Of a stretch of DNA of 36,552 bases, positions 17,186 through 26,821 are shown piece by piece. The position numbers and the translations under genes are program-made. The stretch lies in assembly GCA_039586365.1 (NCBI GenBank), contig JBDHKN010000055.1, positions 1 through 36,552 of the forward strand. The letters run 5' to 3'. The DNA is from Gemmatimonadota bacterium (lineage in GTDB: Bacteria; Gemmatimonadota; Gemmatimonadetes; Gemmatimonadales; GWC2-71-9). How positions within the stretch are numbered: position 1 is the first letter of the stretch; every line of letters begins with the position of its first letter. The notes under the pieces are model-generated. The model saw only the letters and a program-made list of their open reading frames with translations. It ran no database searches and was not told where the DNA came from.

Positions 17186-17201
17186 TGGTATTGCACTTGC
17201 G
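17186..17201 (+). promoter_or_regulatory. Putative sigma54 (-24/-12) promoter
   Basis: TGGTATTGCACTTGCG: GG at 17187-17188, N10, GC at 17199-17200. AT-rich IHF-like TTACAATAGTTTA at 17167-17179. Confidence 0.5.
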
Positions 17202-17225
17202 TATCGATCTTCTGATTTGATAGCG

Positions 17226-17555
17226 ATGGATGTGATACCCGTGATCGATACCATAAGGAACAGCGCCCCACGTTTCATGGACCGGCTCGGGAAGCTCTGT
17301 TTCTCGGGTCATGAGGTGGCGAACTATCTATTCCAGGTTCCCGACGACGAGCCACAATGGGAGCGGCTCAGGGAGATCGTGGATGGCATCCTCCAGGAAG
17401 CCTCCAGGACGTGTCATAAGGAGCTACCACGGATCGCAGAGGAGGTTCGGACTGCCCTGCAGCAAGGAGCCTCAATGCAAGTTGTGGAACAGGCCATGGC
17501 CGGATTCGACCGCATGATCAAGATATGGAAGGCAGCTCGCAGCGGGCTGTTCTAG
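17226..17555 (+). CDS. Small all-helical hypothetical protein (HPt-like pattern without the His)
   Basis: MDVIPVIDTIRNS...LREIVDGILQEASRTCHKELPRIAEEVRTAL...; amphipathic helices. Confidence 0.7.
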   Translation: MDVIPVIDTIRNSAPRFMDRLGKLCFSGHEVANYLFQVPDDEPQWERLREIVDGILQEASRTCHKELPRIAEEVRTALQQGASMQVVEQAMAGFDRMIKIWKAARSGLF

Positions 17556-17567
17556 CGAGCAAGCGTA

Positions 17568-17592
17568 GGTGCGGGCTCGGTGGGCCCGCACC
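17568..17592. terminator. GC-rich hairpin between convergent genes
   Basis: GGTGCGGGCTC-GGT-GGGCCCGCACC (11-bp stem including one G-U pair); no U-tract. Confidence 0.45.
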
Positions 17593-17618
17593 CCAGGGAG
17601 GTACAGAATGCTGTGGGA

Positions 17619-18908
17619 CTAGAAGTAGAACCCTAGGTCGAGCCGACCTGCCGCTCCAGTGGCGTTCCCGAACAGACCTCCAAGGGATCCACCAGCCAGC
17701 TGCAGCAGGAAATTACCGGTCTCCACCGCCACACCACCCGTATATCCAAAGCCCCCGTGGCCACCAACCACGACACCGACGCGCAGGGGAAGCGCACGCA
17801 CGAAGCGCCATGTGGTCCCCAGATCCACAGCCAGTGGCAGGTCATAATCCCCCGTATTGAGCCCAAAGCTTGTGCTCACATCCAGCTGGAGAATCCGATT
17901 CGCCCAGCCGCTGGCAGAGAATCTGACTAACCGCGGGAGGTTAACCTCGACGTCCACCGTGTCCGTGACCCAATCGAGAGCGTCGAGGGAATCGGCGAAT
18001 TCGTCGAGGTTGGAGGTGACAACGTCCAGTCTCGCGATGCGGCGCTCGACGTCGAACACCTTGATCTTGCCTATATTGGCTAACATTCCCTCGAACGCCA
18101 GCCCGGAAGTGGGCCACTCAACGCGTACCATAAGGTCCCCTGCTAGTCCAGAACCGCGATCGAAAGTGGGGATCACAGAATCGACGTCTTGCGTGACCAG
18201 TGTCTCGATGTCGAAGGAGGCTGAGTACCCATCCGGGGAGATGCGGACAGAGCCTCCATCCGCCACTAATGACCGGACGCGAGCGTACCCCTGGGACCAT
18301 AAGTAGCGCCCGCCCAGGCCCAGTGTGACGACGGCCCCGTCTATCGATCCCAACGGGCCGAGACGAATCAGCGAGTGCAAGCCAACTTCGCCGGTGACTA
18401 TCCCCTCGCCCCTCGAGTCGCCCAGGGAGAAGTCCTGCCGCGAGCCGTTACCATCACGAATGAAGGCAAGGGCGTCATCATCGACTGAGCCGCCTCCGTA
18501 CGCCCTTACCTGAGCTGTTGCGCCAAGTCCTATGTGTCTGCCAATCGGCCCACCGAGGTACAGCCCGCTCTCACTCACCGAGCTGACACCCAATCCCGCG
18601 CCCTGCGGCACTAGACCGAGCGCATCGATGAAGTCGGTGACGAGCAGATCGTCGTTGTCACTGATGTACTCAAGAGCCCGGACGTCCTTGAGGTTCAGGG
18701 CATTGTTTTCACCCCACACACCGGTGGAGATAACCAAACCCCAGCCCGGGAGGAACGCATGCCTGAACGGGTCGACACGCAAGTTCTGGGTCCTGCGATA
18801 CGCGGCATTGACACGGGCAGCTTGCGAGTTGTCTGGCACCGCTTGGGCGGCAATCCCGGCGACGCTCACCAACCCCGCCAGGGCTACAAGAGTAATAGCG
18901 CGTCTCAT
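17619..18908 (-). CDS. Outer-membrane beta-barrel protein of unknown function
   Basis: Sec signal (MRRAITLVALAGLVSVAGIAAQ); alternating amphipathic strands; C-terminal beta-signal LDLGFYF. Confidence 0.8.
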   Translation of the reverse strand: MRRAITLVALAGLVSVAGIAAQAVPDNSQAARVNAAYRRTQNLRVDPFRHAFLPGWGLVISTGVWGENNALNLKDVRALEYISDNDDLLVTDFIDALGLVPQGAGLGVSSVSESGLYLGGPIGRHIGLGATAQVRAYGGGSVDDDALAFIRDGNGSRQDFSLGDSRGEGIVTGEVGLHSLIRLGPLGSIDGAVVTLGLGGRYLWSQGYARVRSLVADGGSVRISPDGYSASFDIETLVTQDVDSVIPTFDRGSGLAGDLMVRVEWPTSGLAFEGMLANIGKIKVFDVERRIARLDVVTSNLDEFADSLDALDWVTDTVDVEVNLPRLVRFSASGWANRILQLDVSTSFGLNTGDYDLPLAVDLGTTWRFVRALPLRVGVVVGGHGGFGYTGGVAVETGNFLLQLAGGSLGGLFGNATGAAGRLDLGFYF

Positions 18909-20641
18909 TGCGATTTCCCCGCATGTAACTGAACAAGGACCCTGGAATTGATGAGTACTGCGTCTGAGGCTTGGATTGCGCCGCGTCCGCCACCACCAGC
19001 ACCCGGAAGCAGGCGAATGCGGGCCTGGGCCGTGAAGAATTCGTTGAGCAGTTCTCGCACTTCGGTATTGCTAAGTCGAACGACGACGGTATCCGAAATC
19101 GCCTGAGACACACGGCCTTGCGCATCCACTGTAGGAGCCCCGAGGGTAACCCGGTCAATCAACACAGCCCCGGGTTGCAGAAAGATATCTACCGTCTCAG
19201 GGACGCTGTCTCGAATGAAGGCTATGTCTATCTCGGTGCCAAACGGCGTTCGGTTCACCAACTCCGCCGTGAACTCGACCGAGTCAATGCGCGCGACAAG
19301 GGAATCGGCCTCTCGCTCGTCCTCCACCAGGTCCCCTAGACCGCTATTGACGCTATGTCTTGTGATCTGCACCCCCGTGTCAGGGATCGTCAGATCAAAC
19401 GCAACCGTTACTCCGAGTACCACGGCCAGACTGTCTGTCCGCTCGATACGGCTAGGCGCTCCGTCTCCAATAGCCGCGGTTCCGGCGGCGACGATCGACA
19501 CCCTCTCGTCACCCAACAAGAGATGGAACAAGCGGTCTGCGAGCGGCGCACTCTGTAGTGACACGTTGCTGACCGAAGACCTTGCAAGGGTCAGCGTGGT
19601 CACACCTGGGTCCGTAACCGGAATCAAGATGGGCTGCCCCAACGAGTCCACCTCGTAATCCGGGTCGCCAAAACCATCGCGCAGGATGTCGCCGAATGCG
19701 TCGAGTCTCACCACTCCCAGCGTGAAGTCCGACAAGACCGCAGGAGCATTGGCGGAATTGCTGATCTCGAGGGCAACGGCGGCGTCATTCAGCGTCGACG
19801 CTTCCACTGCTTCCTCGAGATCGCCGAAGTCGACGTCGGAGCGGAGGATCTCCCTGGACTCCTCGACGTCGATGATGAGTTCCGGGGTCTGTGCCGGATC
19901 GAGTGGACCAGTTAGAGACTGAATCTCGATGGCTGAGATACTTCCGTCTTGGATGACGGCTGCTGTTCCGAGCGCCGGGTCAACAGGAGAGGTGACCACA
20001 GTGGCCGTGCCATTGAGTTGCGCTATGGCGGCAGCGGGGACGACAGTCACGCCAGCGAGGTCGAAGTTGAGGACGTCACTCACGTAGGAACCGTCCCCGG
20101 GAGCCGGCGGAACTGTGCCAGCCGCCGCGATCGGAGAGCCACCCGCATCAAGAAATCCGTCCAACGTCACGGTGTAGCCCGCCGTTGCGGGAAGCCGGTT
20201 CTGCGTGGTGACCACCAGCGTGCCACTGTGGACTACAACCGTGTCCACTGCGTCCAGGACGGTATCAGACGCCAGAACGTCATACGAGCTGCTGAACGGA
20301 ATCGTGTAGCCCGGCCCGATACCCGGAGGCACTATGAGGTTGACCACGAACGAGTCGAAATCGACATCCTGGTACGTGAGCTCGTCTCCGACCTCAACGC
20401 TCAGGGACTCCGGGTCAGCCCGGATCGCAAGGATGCCTCCGGAGATGGTATCCAGGGCAGCGGTACTATCCACCAGATCTTGGACCTTGGCTGAGTCTGT
20501 GACGACGGGGAGCACATACACAACGACGCGCTCGCCGCCCCGGCCCAACTGGTTGCGCGCTTCGGTCAACGAAGCCGGTTCGCAGGCTGCTGTAGCAGCA
20601 GCGAGGCACAGCGTGGCTGCTATTCTGGTTGGTTTTCGCAT
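18905..20641 (-). CDS. Large acidic beta-rich lipoprotein of unknown function
   Basis: MRKPTRIAATLCLAAATAAC lipobox; 4-nt overlap with the barrel gene. Confidence 0.8.
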   Translation of the reverse strand: MRKPTRIAATLCLAAATAACEPASLTEARNQLGRGGERVVVYVLPVVTDSAKVQDLVDSTAALDTISGGILAIRADPESLSVEVGDELTYQDVDFDSFVVNLIVPPGIGPGYTIPFSSSYDVLASDTVLDAVDTVVVHSGTLVVTTQNRLPATAGYTVTLDGFLDAGGSPIAAAGTVPPAPGDGSYVSDVLNFDLAGVTVVPAAAIAQLNGTATVVTSPVDPALGTAAVIQDGSISAIEIQSLTGPLDPAQTPELIIDVEESREILRSDVDFGDLEEAVEASTLNDAAVALEISNSANAPAVLSDFTLGVVRLDAFGDILRDGFGDPDYEVDSLGQPILIPVTDPGVTTLTLARSSVSNVSLQSAPLADRLFHLLLGDERVSIVAAGTAAIGDGAPSRIERTDSLAVVLGVTVAFDLTIPDTGVQITRHSVNSGLGDLVEDEREADSLVARIDSVEFTAELVNRTPFGTEIDIAFIRDSVPETVDIFLQPGAVLIDRVTLGAPTVDAQGRVSQAISDTVVVRLSNTEVRELLNEFFTAQARIRLLPGAGGGGRGAIQASDAVLINSRVLVQLHAGKSQ

Positions 20642-20833
20642 TGGACTACACAATTCCCGTTAGATGGTCGCACCTAAACTTTGGAGAACCGGTCAACTGG
20701 GCAAGTGCCTAGATCACATTTGACCAGGACCACCTTCTCACGAGCGCGCTCCGAAGCGGTAGCAAAAAGGCCGGATAGGATGCCAGCAACATCGCCGTCC
20801 ACCTGATCCGGCCCTGCCCTGCGCCGGAATCTA

Positions 20834-22462
20834 CTACTCGGCACCCATGTACGGATAACGATAGTCAACTGGGGGAACGAACAACTCCTTTATCGTTCGG
20901 GTCGAGATCCAGCGAATCAGATTCAGCATCGACCCGGCCTTGTCGTTGGTTCCGCTGGCTCGAGACCCGCCGAACGGCTGCTGCCCCACTACCGCCCCGG
21001 TGGGCTTGTCGTTGACATAGAAATTGCCAGCCGCGTTCCGCAGGGCGACGTGCGCCTGTGTTATGGCCCTCCGATCAGTCGCGAACACTGCACCGGTCAG
21101 CGCATACGGCGAGGTCGAGTCAACAACCGTGAGGGTTTCCGCCCACTTCCGTTCTGGATAGACGTACACCGTGACGACTGGACCGAAGATCTCCTCGCAC
21201 ATGGTGACGTAGTCCGGCTTGCGTGCCTGGACCACGGTCGGTCGGATGAAGTAGCCCTCACTATCATCGACCTCCCCACCTACAAATATGTCGGCGTCCG
21301 ACGACTTGCGGACTCCTGCGATGTAACCAGCGATCTTGTCAAACGCCTTCTTGTCGATCACCGCTCCCATGAAGTTGCTGAAGTCCGAGACGTCACCCAT
21401 CGGAATGGCCTCAGCCTGCGATAGCAGGCTGTCTTTCATCTCGGCCCACAGAGTGTCCGGTATGTAGACGCGCGACGCGGCACTGCATTTCTGTCCTTGA
21501 TACTCGAAGCCACCGCGTAGAATCGCCGTGACCAATGCCTCCGCTTCGGCGCTAGCGTGCGCGATGATGAAGTCTTTGCCACCCGTCTCTCCTACAATGC
21601 GCGGGTATGAACGGAACTTGTGGATGTTCTCACCAATCGTCCGCCAGAAAGACTGGAATACTGCCGTCGAACCGGTGAAATGGACACCCGCAAAGCCGGG
21701 GTCGCTGAGCAAGATGTTCGTGATCTCGGAAGACTCGCCTGGGAGAAGGTTGACCACACCCGGAGGCATCCCGGCAGCTTCCAGTAGACGCAGTATATAG
21801 TAGCCCGTGTAGATAGTGGTTCTACCAGGCTTCCAGACCACCGTGTTGCCCATTATCGCCGGTGCAGTAGGGAGGTTTCCGGCAATCGAAGTGAAATTGA
21901 ACGGCGTTATAGCGTAAACGAAACCCTCGAGAGGGCGGTATTCGAGCCGGTTCCACATACCAGGCCCCGAAACGGGCTGGTCTCCGTACAATCTCTCCGC
22001 GTACTGGACGTTGAACCGGAAGAAGTCAATCAACTCGCATGCCGCGTCGATCTCAGCCTGATGCGGCGTCTTGCTCTGACACAGCATCGTCGCCGCATTG
22101 ATCGTGTCCCGCCACGTCGTGGACAGAAGCTCTGCTGCCTTGAGCAGGACACTTGCTCGCTCCACCCAGGGCCAGGAAGACCACTCCTTTTTCGCGTCCT
22201 CGGCCGCCCTTACCGCAGCGTGGATTTCGTCAGAGCCAGCCCAATGACAATTGGCCAGCGTATGTTGGTGCCGGTGCGGCATAACGTTCTTTGCGGTCTT
22301 GCCAGTACGCAGCTCCCTGCCACCGATAACGAGTGGAATCTCAATCTCCTGCGAGGAGAGTTCCTTGAGCTTGGCCTCTAGAGATGCGCGCTCCGGTGTG
22401 CCCGGTGCATATGACCGCACCGGCTCATTCAATGGAATGGGAACTTGGATATCACCACTCAT
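20834..22462 (-). CDS. pruA: L-glutamate gamma-semialdehyde (P5C) dehydrogenase
   Basis: NEPVRSYAPG, YRPLEGFVYAITPFNF, FTGST, GETGGKDF, FEYQGQKCSA (catalytic Cys), NDKPTGAVVGQQPFGGSRASGTNDK. Confidence 0.95.
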   Translation of the reverse strand: MSGDIQVPIPLNEPVRSYAPGTPERASLEAKLKELSSQEIEIPLVIGGRELRTGKTAKNVMPHRHQHTLANCHWAGSDEIHAAVRAAEDAKKEWSSWPWVERASVLLKAAELLSTTWRDTINAATMLCQSKTPHQAEIDAACELIDFFRFNVQYAERLYGDQPVSGPGMWNRLEYRPLEGFVYAITPFNFTSIAGNLPTAPAIMGNTVVWKPGRTTIYTGYYILRLLEAAGMPPGVVNLLPGESSEITNILLSDPGFAGVHFTGSTAVFQSFWRTIGENIHKFRSYPRIVGETGGKDFIIAHASAEAEALVTAILRGGFEYQGQKCSAASRVYIPDTLWAEMKDSLLSQAEAIPMGDVSDFSNFMGAVIDKKAFDKIAGYIAGVRKSSDADIFVGGEVDDSEGYFIRPTVVQARKPDYVTMCEEIFGPVVTVYVYPERKWAETLTVVDSTSPYALTGAVFATDRRAITQAHVALRNAAGNFYVNDKPTGAVVGQQPFGGSRASGTNDKAGSMLNLIRWISTRTIKELFVPPVDYRYPYMGAE

Positions 22463-22692
22463 CTGTAGTGCTCCTAGAATCCAGTGTTCTTGCTAGAATC
22501 ATCCGCTTACCTGTGCGCGATGGTCACGTGGGAACAGTGAGTATCACAATGTACTCCATCAGCCAGCGATTTGAACTCGCCCAACGGGGGGTCTGTGTTG
22601 ACTTGGGGAGTGCCGTCCAGAAAGGTGTACAAAGGTCTGCGGAAGCTCTGGGAGGTCATGCTGAGATCCGGCTCACCGCTTCCGTGACTCGT

Positions 22693-23424
22693 CTAGCAGG
22701 TGGAACGTGCAGCGGTGAGACGTCGGCGGATCCATATGTAGCCACCCCCAACAACCGTCAGGGCAGCTCCACCAAGCAATAGGTCTCGGGTGCTTACCGG
22801 CAGCACGACCCCTAGCGCCCCATACGCCCAAAAACGTGGAAAGCGGCCCAGTGCGTTCGCGCTCAGAAAGCGAGCCGCCGGATACTTGGCTGCGACCCCG
22901 ACGACTCTAGCCAATACGAACGGAATCGGAGTGAGCGCGCAAAATGCCACTGTGAAGAACGGCTGCACCTCGAACCATCGAACCACACGTCGCATCTGGC
23001 CCGACTCCGCTGCACTACTCAGCAGCTTGGAATGCACAGCGGCATCGAACAACCTGAAATTCACATATTCCACGGCTGTAGCGCTCAGCGTCGCTACTGC
23101 GGCAACGACTGTAGGTGGATAGAGCCGCGCGAACACCATGACAACCGGCTCCTGCGCTGCTGGTAGCAGCGCTCCGTACGGTCCGTTGGCGAGCAGCGTG
23201 ATAGAGAAGAGCACACTGAGCTCACTCAAGGCCGGGACGAACGAAGACACAATGATCGCCAGCGAACACACCACCCCACAGCCCCGCAGCAACCCGTCCC
23301 ACTTCGGGGATGCGACGTGCCGAAAGAGCCAATGGGACCTTGAGCGATGGGTCATGTAACGGATTGGCACGAGGCCCAGAAATCTATCACCACGAGGGAC
23401 AGTTGTATTGTCAGTTGATTGCAT
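22693..23424 (-). CDS. VTT/DedA (SNARE-associated) family membrane protein
   Basis: Hydrophobic; CALTPIPFVLAR...RFLSANALGRFPRF motif. Start uncertain. Confidence 0.8.
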   Translation of the reverse strand: MQSTDNTTVPRGDRFLGLVPIRYMTHRSRSHWLFRHVASPKWDGLLRGCGVVCSLAIIVSSFVPALSELSVLFSITLLANGPYGALLPAAQEPVVMVFARLYPPTVVAAVATLSATAVEYVNFRLFDAAVHSKLLSSAAESGQMRRVVRWFEVQPFFTVAFCALTPIPFVLARVVGVAAKYPAARFLSANALGRFPRFWAYGALGVVLPVSTRDLLLGGAALTVVGGGYIWIRRRLTAARSTC

Positions 23425-23524
23425 CACCGAGAGCAAAATCCTGGTACCGTGCCAATCCCGTACGGTATTACCTTTGTGTCTGGAAAGATCCGCGCACCTG
23501 AGAGGCTTCCACAGGAGCTCGTTG

Positions 23525-24187
23525 ATGGCCCAACGCTCGCACACGGGAAACGGACGCATTTGCGGCATCTACACGATGGGAATGCAAGATCCGTATGCCC
23601 ACGACCTAGCACCCGCAAGCGCTCCCCCTGACTTCCCCTATATCACCACTTCGATCGGCGAGGATTTTGCCGACTGCCAATGGCCGCTGACGGTTAAGGT
23701 CACGAGCTCGGTTACGAGGGAGCAGCTCCTGTGGTATTTGACCAAACTGTATCAGGCAGTTGACGAAGGTTTCTTCATGGATCCTGCCATCGGCCCCGCC
23801 ATCTATTGGAGGTGGTCGGGCTCTGTGATTCCGGGTTTGGCTCCAGAAGACGACGATACGACCGAGCCTGACACAAGAATCAAGCTCGAGCCGAGCACAT
23901 CCAAGAGCAAGCGGGCAGCTCCCGGTGGAGGCCCGCTCTGCGGCATCTACCTAGTGGACGATGCGGCGAAATGGATGGGGAATGACTTCTACGGTAAGAT
24001 CCACGCAGACACAGCGGTCTCCGGGGCAGTGGGCGAGGACTTCGCTGAGTCTCGGTGGCCGATTGTGGCCAAGGTCCACGCGGGAGTGGCGAGGCAACGC
24101 TTCTGTGACTACCTACAGGGGTTAAAGGCCTGCGTCGAACACGGCCTTTTCTTCGACGCCTCCAAGCCCAAAGAGGATCGACACTAG
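23525..24187 (+). CDS. Hypothetical protein with an internally duplicated domain
   Basis: AGGAG at 23513-23517 precedes ATG 23525. Two copies of CGIY...GEDFA..WP...KV...R......L..L...V..G.F.D. Confidence 0.8.
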   Translation: MAQRSHTGNGRICGIYTMGMQDPYAHDLAPASAPPDFPYITTSIGEDFADCQWPLTVKVTSSVTREQLLWYLTKLYQAVDEGFFMDPAIGPAIYWRWSGSVIPGLAPEDDDTTEPDTRIKLEPSTSKSKRAAPGGGPLCGIYLVDDAAKWMGNDFYGKIHADTAVSGAVGEDFAESRWPIVAKVHAGVARQRFCDYLQGLKACVEHGLFFDASKPKEDRH

Positions 24188-24195
24188 CCGGTGCA

Positions 24196-24909
24196 TCACA
24201 GATCCGCCCAGAGACCATGGTGATCGAGAAACTCCCGGTTGCTGACTATGTGCTCTAGCCGACCGTCGTGCACAAGCGCTCCGTCCGCCATTACCACTGC
24301 ACGCTCACAGAGGGCCCTTGCCATTGTCAGATCATGGGTCGCCACCAGGAGCGTCTCTTCACGCTGTCTGAGCAGTCCCACCAAGCGACGCTTGCCCCGT
24401 GCATCGAGGTTGCTGGTGGGCTCGTCGAGCACAAGCACCAAGGGGTGAGACACCAGGACGGTGGCCAATGCTGCCAACCGTTTTTCACCTCCACTCAAGT
24501 GATGGGCTGCTCTCAGCTCGTTCCCCCCCAAACCCAGGCTTTGTAGCACCCCTCTGGCAAGCAGCTCGGCATCCTCCGGATCGCGCCCCTCGTTCAGCGG
24601 CCCGAACGCGACATCTTCCAGCAAGCTGGGAAGGAACAGCTGGTCATCGGGATCCTGGAACACCAAGCCGACCCGCTTGCGCACTTCCCTAAGGGTCCCA
24701 CCAGACACCGCTATTCCATCGATCGTCACGCTCCCCGAAGCAGGTAAGAGCAACCCGTTGAGGTGCAGCAGCAGGGTGCTCTTGCCGGCCCCCATGGGAC
24801 CCAGCAGGGCAACCTTCTCACCTCGCTCCACAGCGAATGAAACGCCGCTCAGGGCGTGTGTCCCGTCCGGATATCGGTATTTCAGGTCCGTAACTTCCAG
24901 CAACGGCAT
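24196..24909 (-). CDS. cbiO: ECF transporter ATPase (CbiO/NikO)
   Basis: Walker A GPMGAGKST, VFQDPDDQLF, LSGGEKR, LDEPT. Confidence 0.92.
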   Translation of the reverse strand: MPLLEVTDLKYRYPDGTHALSGVSFAVERGEKVALLGPMGAGKSTLLLHLNGLLLPASGSVTIDGIAVSGGTLREVRKRVGLVFQDPDDQLFLPSLLEDVAFGPLNEGRDPEDAELLARGVLQSLGLGGNELRAAHHLSGGEKRLAALATVLVSHPLVLVLDEPTSNLDARGKRRLVGLLRQREETLLVATHDLTMARALCERAVVMADGALVHDGRLEHIVSNREFLDHHGLWADL

Positions 24910-24912
24910 CTG

Positions 24913-25680
24913 CTACAGATCCATGTATGAGGAAAGAGTGACCGCTCCTACCACGAGGACGAGCAACGAGAGCAGCGCGATCGAACGAGCATCCACTCTT
25001 GACCGGTGGAGCGAGACGATTTCCCCCTGGAACCCTCGGGCCAACATCGCGCGATGAGTCCGCTCGCTTCTGACCAGTGACCGTCGCAACACGGCTGCGA
25101 CTACGCTCACCAAAAGGCGACGGCGCTTCGCGGCACCGGCACCGGCGTTCCGACTGCGAGCAGCCCGTTGCAGCCTTTCCAGCTCGTCGACGATGACGTA
25201 GAGAAACCGATACGCGAGTCCCAGTGCTGTTGTGACCGCATGGGGAAGGCGTAGCTCCCTCAAGGCTTGTACTATCTCTGGAAAAGTCGTAGTGCTCACG
25301 AGGATCACGGCGGCAGCCAGTGCCGTGAAAGCGCGTCCCAGAGCCGAGCCGAATCGCAGCAGACCGTTATCGGTCAGACTGATCCATCCCACTCGTGCCA
25401 CCACTTCACCTGGCACCAGAATGAGGAGGGCCACTGACGCGAACAACACAAACACTAGCGGACCCAGCATTCGCAACAACAGCGTGGGTAGCGGAATCCT
25501 CGCCACGACGGCTAGTACCAGGACGAGCCCGGCGAGCGTCCCCAACTGCGCCCACGCTCCCAGCCTGAGCGTAGCTGCTGCGAGTGCAACTGCCACAGTC
25601 CCGATGACACGTAATACCGGCGCAATCGCCGTTATCGGGGAATAGACCTGCGCAAACTGGTCCAGGTGACGGAAGCTCAC
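24913..25680 (-). CDS. cbiQ: ECF transporter T component (CbiQ/NikQ)
   Basis: SPI N-terminal motif, TTTFPEIVQALRELRLP, YRFL, ARSR, AMLARGF. Confidence 0.9.
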   Translation of the reverse strand: MSFRHLDQFAQVYSPITAIAPVLRVIGTVAVALAAATLRLGAWAQLGTLAGLVLVLAVVARIPLPTLLLRMLGPLVFVLFASVALLILVPGEVVARVGWISLTDNGLLRFGSALGRAFTALAAAVILVSTTTFPEIVQALRELRLPHAVTTALGLAYRFLYVIVDELERLQRAARSRNAGAGAAKRRRLLVSVVAAVLRRSLVRSERTHRAMLARGFQGEIVSLHRSRVDARSIALLSLLVLVVGAVTLSSYMDL

Positions 25681-26600
25681 CTACGCCGTCCAGCGCGAGC
25701 CATGAGACGAGCCAGCGACCAGCCCAAGGCGAAGACGAACGCTACTCCAAGCGCCGCAGCAACCCAGGGACCCCCGATCGGAGCTGTATAGTCAGCAAAC
25801 GGGCCGGTGAAGTGGGTTAGCGGCGTGCCCTCGATACCCAGTTGCTTGATCGCAGCCTCAAACGCATCCGGTCGAGAAGAGGCACCGTACGCTGCCAAGA
25901 TTGCTACAAGTAGAGACACGGCCGCAAGACCGTACGCCCAGCCGCGTTCGGCCCCAGATGGTGTTTCCTGTTTGGCTATTAGTCCTGGTTGGGTCCGGTA
26001 CACCAGGGTCAAAAGCGCTCCTGTGAGGAAGGCTTCGCCGAGCCCCACCAACGCATGGCTTCCAACGACAGCAATCAGTGCGGTCTCAAAGGGGAGAGTG
26101 TCAGACAACGCCAACTCTACCGCAGCCGCAGCCCCAACCAATAGAGCGGACACGTAGGCTGCCACTGAGGCAGCTGAGATCACCCTCCTGGGTCCCACCC
26201 CTACCAGCGCCAGGACCCAGCGATAGGTGGCATAACCTCCGCCGACCCCGATCACTGCCAAGTTCAGGGCGTTGGCGCCAAGCGCTGCAATGCCGCCATC
26301 TTGAAACAGGAGGGCTTGGACCAGTACCACCGAGAATATCACCAACATGCCGGCCCACGGACCAACCAGCGTTGCCACCAAGACAGCCCCCAGCAGGTGG
26401 GCGCTTACACCGGCACCCAGCGGGAAGTTCAGCATCTGTGCGGCAAATACGAAAGCGGTAGTCGCCCCCAAGAGCGGTGCTTCCTCCCCGCCCAGACTGT
26501 CCCGTGATCGCCGGGCAGCGATAGCCAAGGCGCCGGAACTGGCTATGGCAGTACCGGCAATCACCGGTGCACTGAGGAAACCGTCCGGAATGTGGGCCAA
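25677..26600 (-). CDS. cbiM: Co/Ni ECF transporter S component, CbiM/NikM fused to a NikN-like domain
   Basis: (M)AHIPDGFL, FAAQMLNFP, SAHLLG, QALLFQDGG...LGAN; C-terminal ASSRPDAFE (PDGLE-like). AGGAGG RBS before the TTG start. Confidence 0.9.
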   Translation of the reverse strand: MAHIPDGFLSAPVIAGTAIASSGALAIAARRSRDSLGGEEAPLLGATTAFVFAAQMLNFPLGAGVSAHLLGAVLVATLVGPWAGMLVIFSVVLVQALLFQDGGIAALGANALNLAVIGVGGGYATYRWVLALVGVGPRRVISAASVAAYVSALLVGAAAAVELALSDTLPFETALIAVVGSHALVGLGEAFLTGALLTLVYRTQPGLIAKQETPSGAERGWAYGLAAVSLLVAILAAYGASSRPDAFEAAIKQLGIEGTPLTHFTGPFADYTAPIGGPWVAAALGVAFVFALGWSLARLMARAGRRR

Positions 26601-26821
26601 GCCGTCGCTCCTCCTGGGATTGCGTACCAGTCACCCACTTTGTGGGGTGGCATCTCCAGTGGTCTGCAATAATAGCCGCTGGTCGCTCGAGATGGGGCGT
26701 GGGACGAACTCGGTGGCCCTACTGTGTTGGGCGTTGGCGTTGAAGCAGGACTTGCCCCTAAGGCGGATGAGCGGGCAGATCCGGCAAGCGAGTCAGTCAG
26801 ACCACGCCCGACCGATTCAGT

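Noticed and set aside
26601..26821. Cobalamin or NiCo riboswitch upstream of cbiM
   Set aside because: No B12-box or GGGAA...GCCACUG elements on the minus strand; only a small CCCAC-AAA-GUGGG hairpin.
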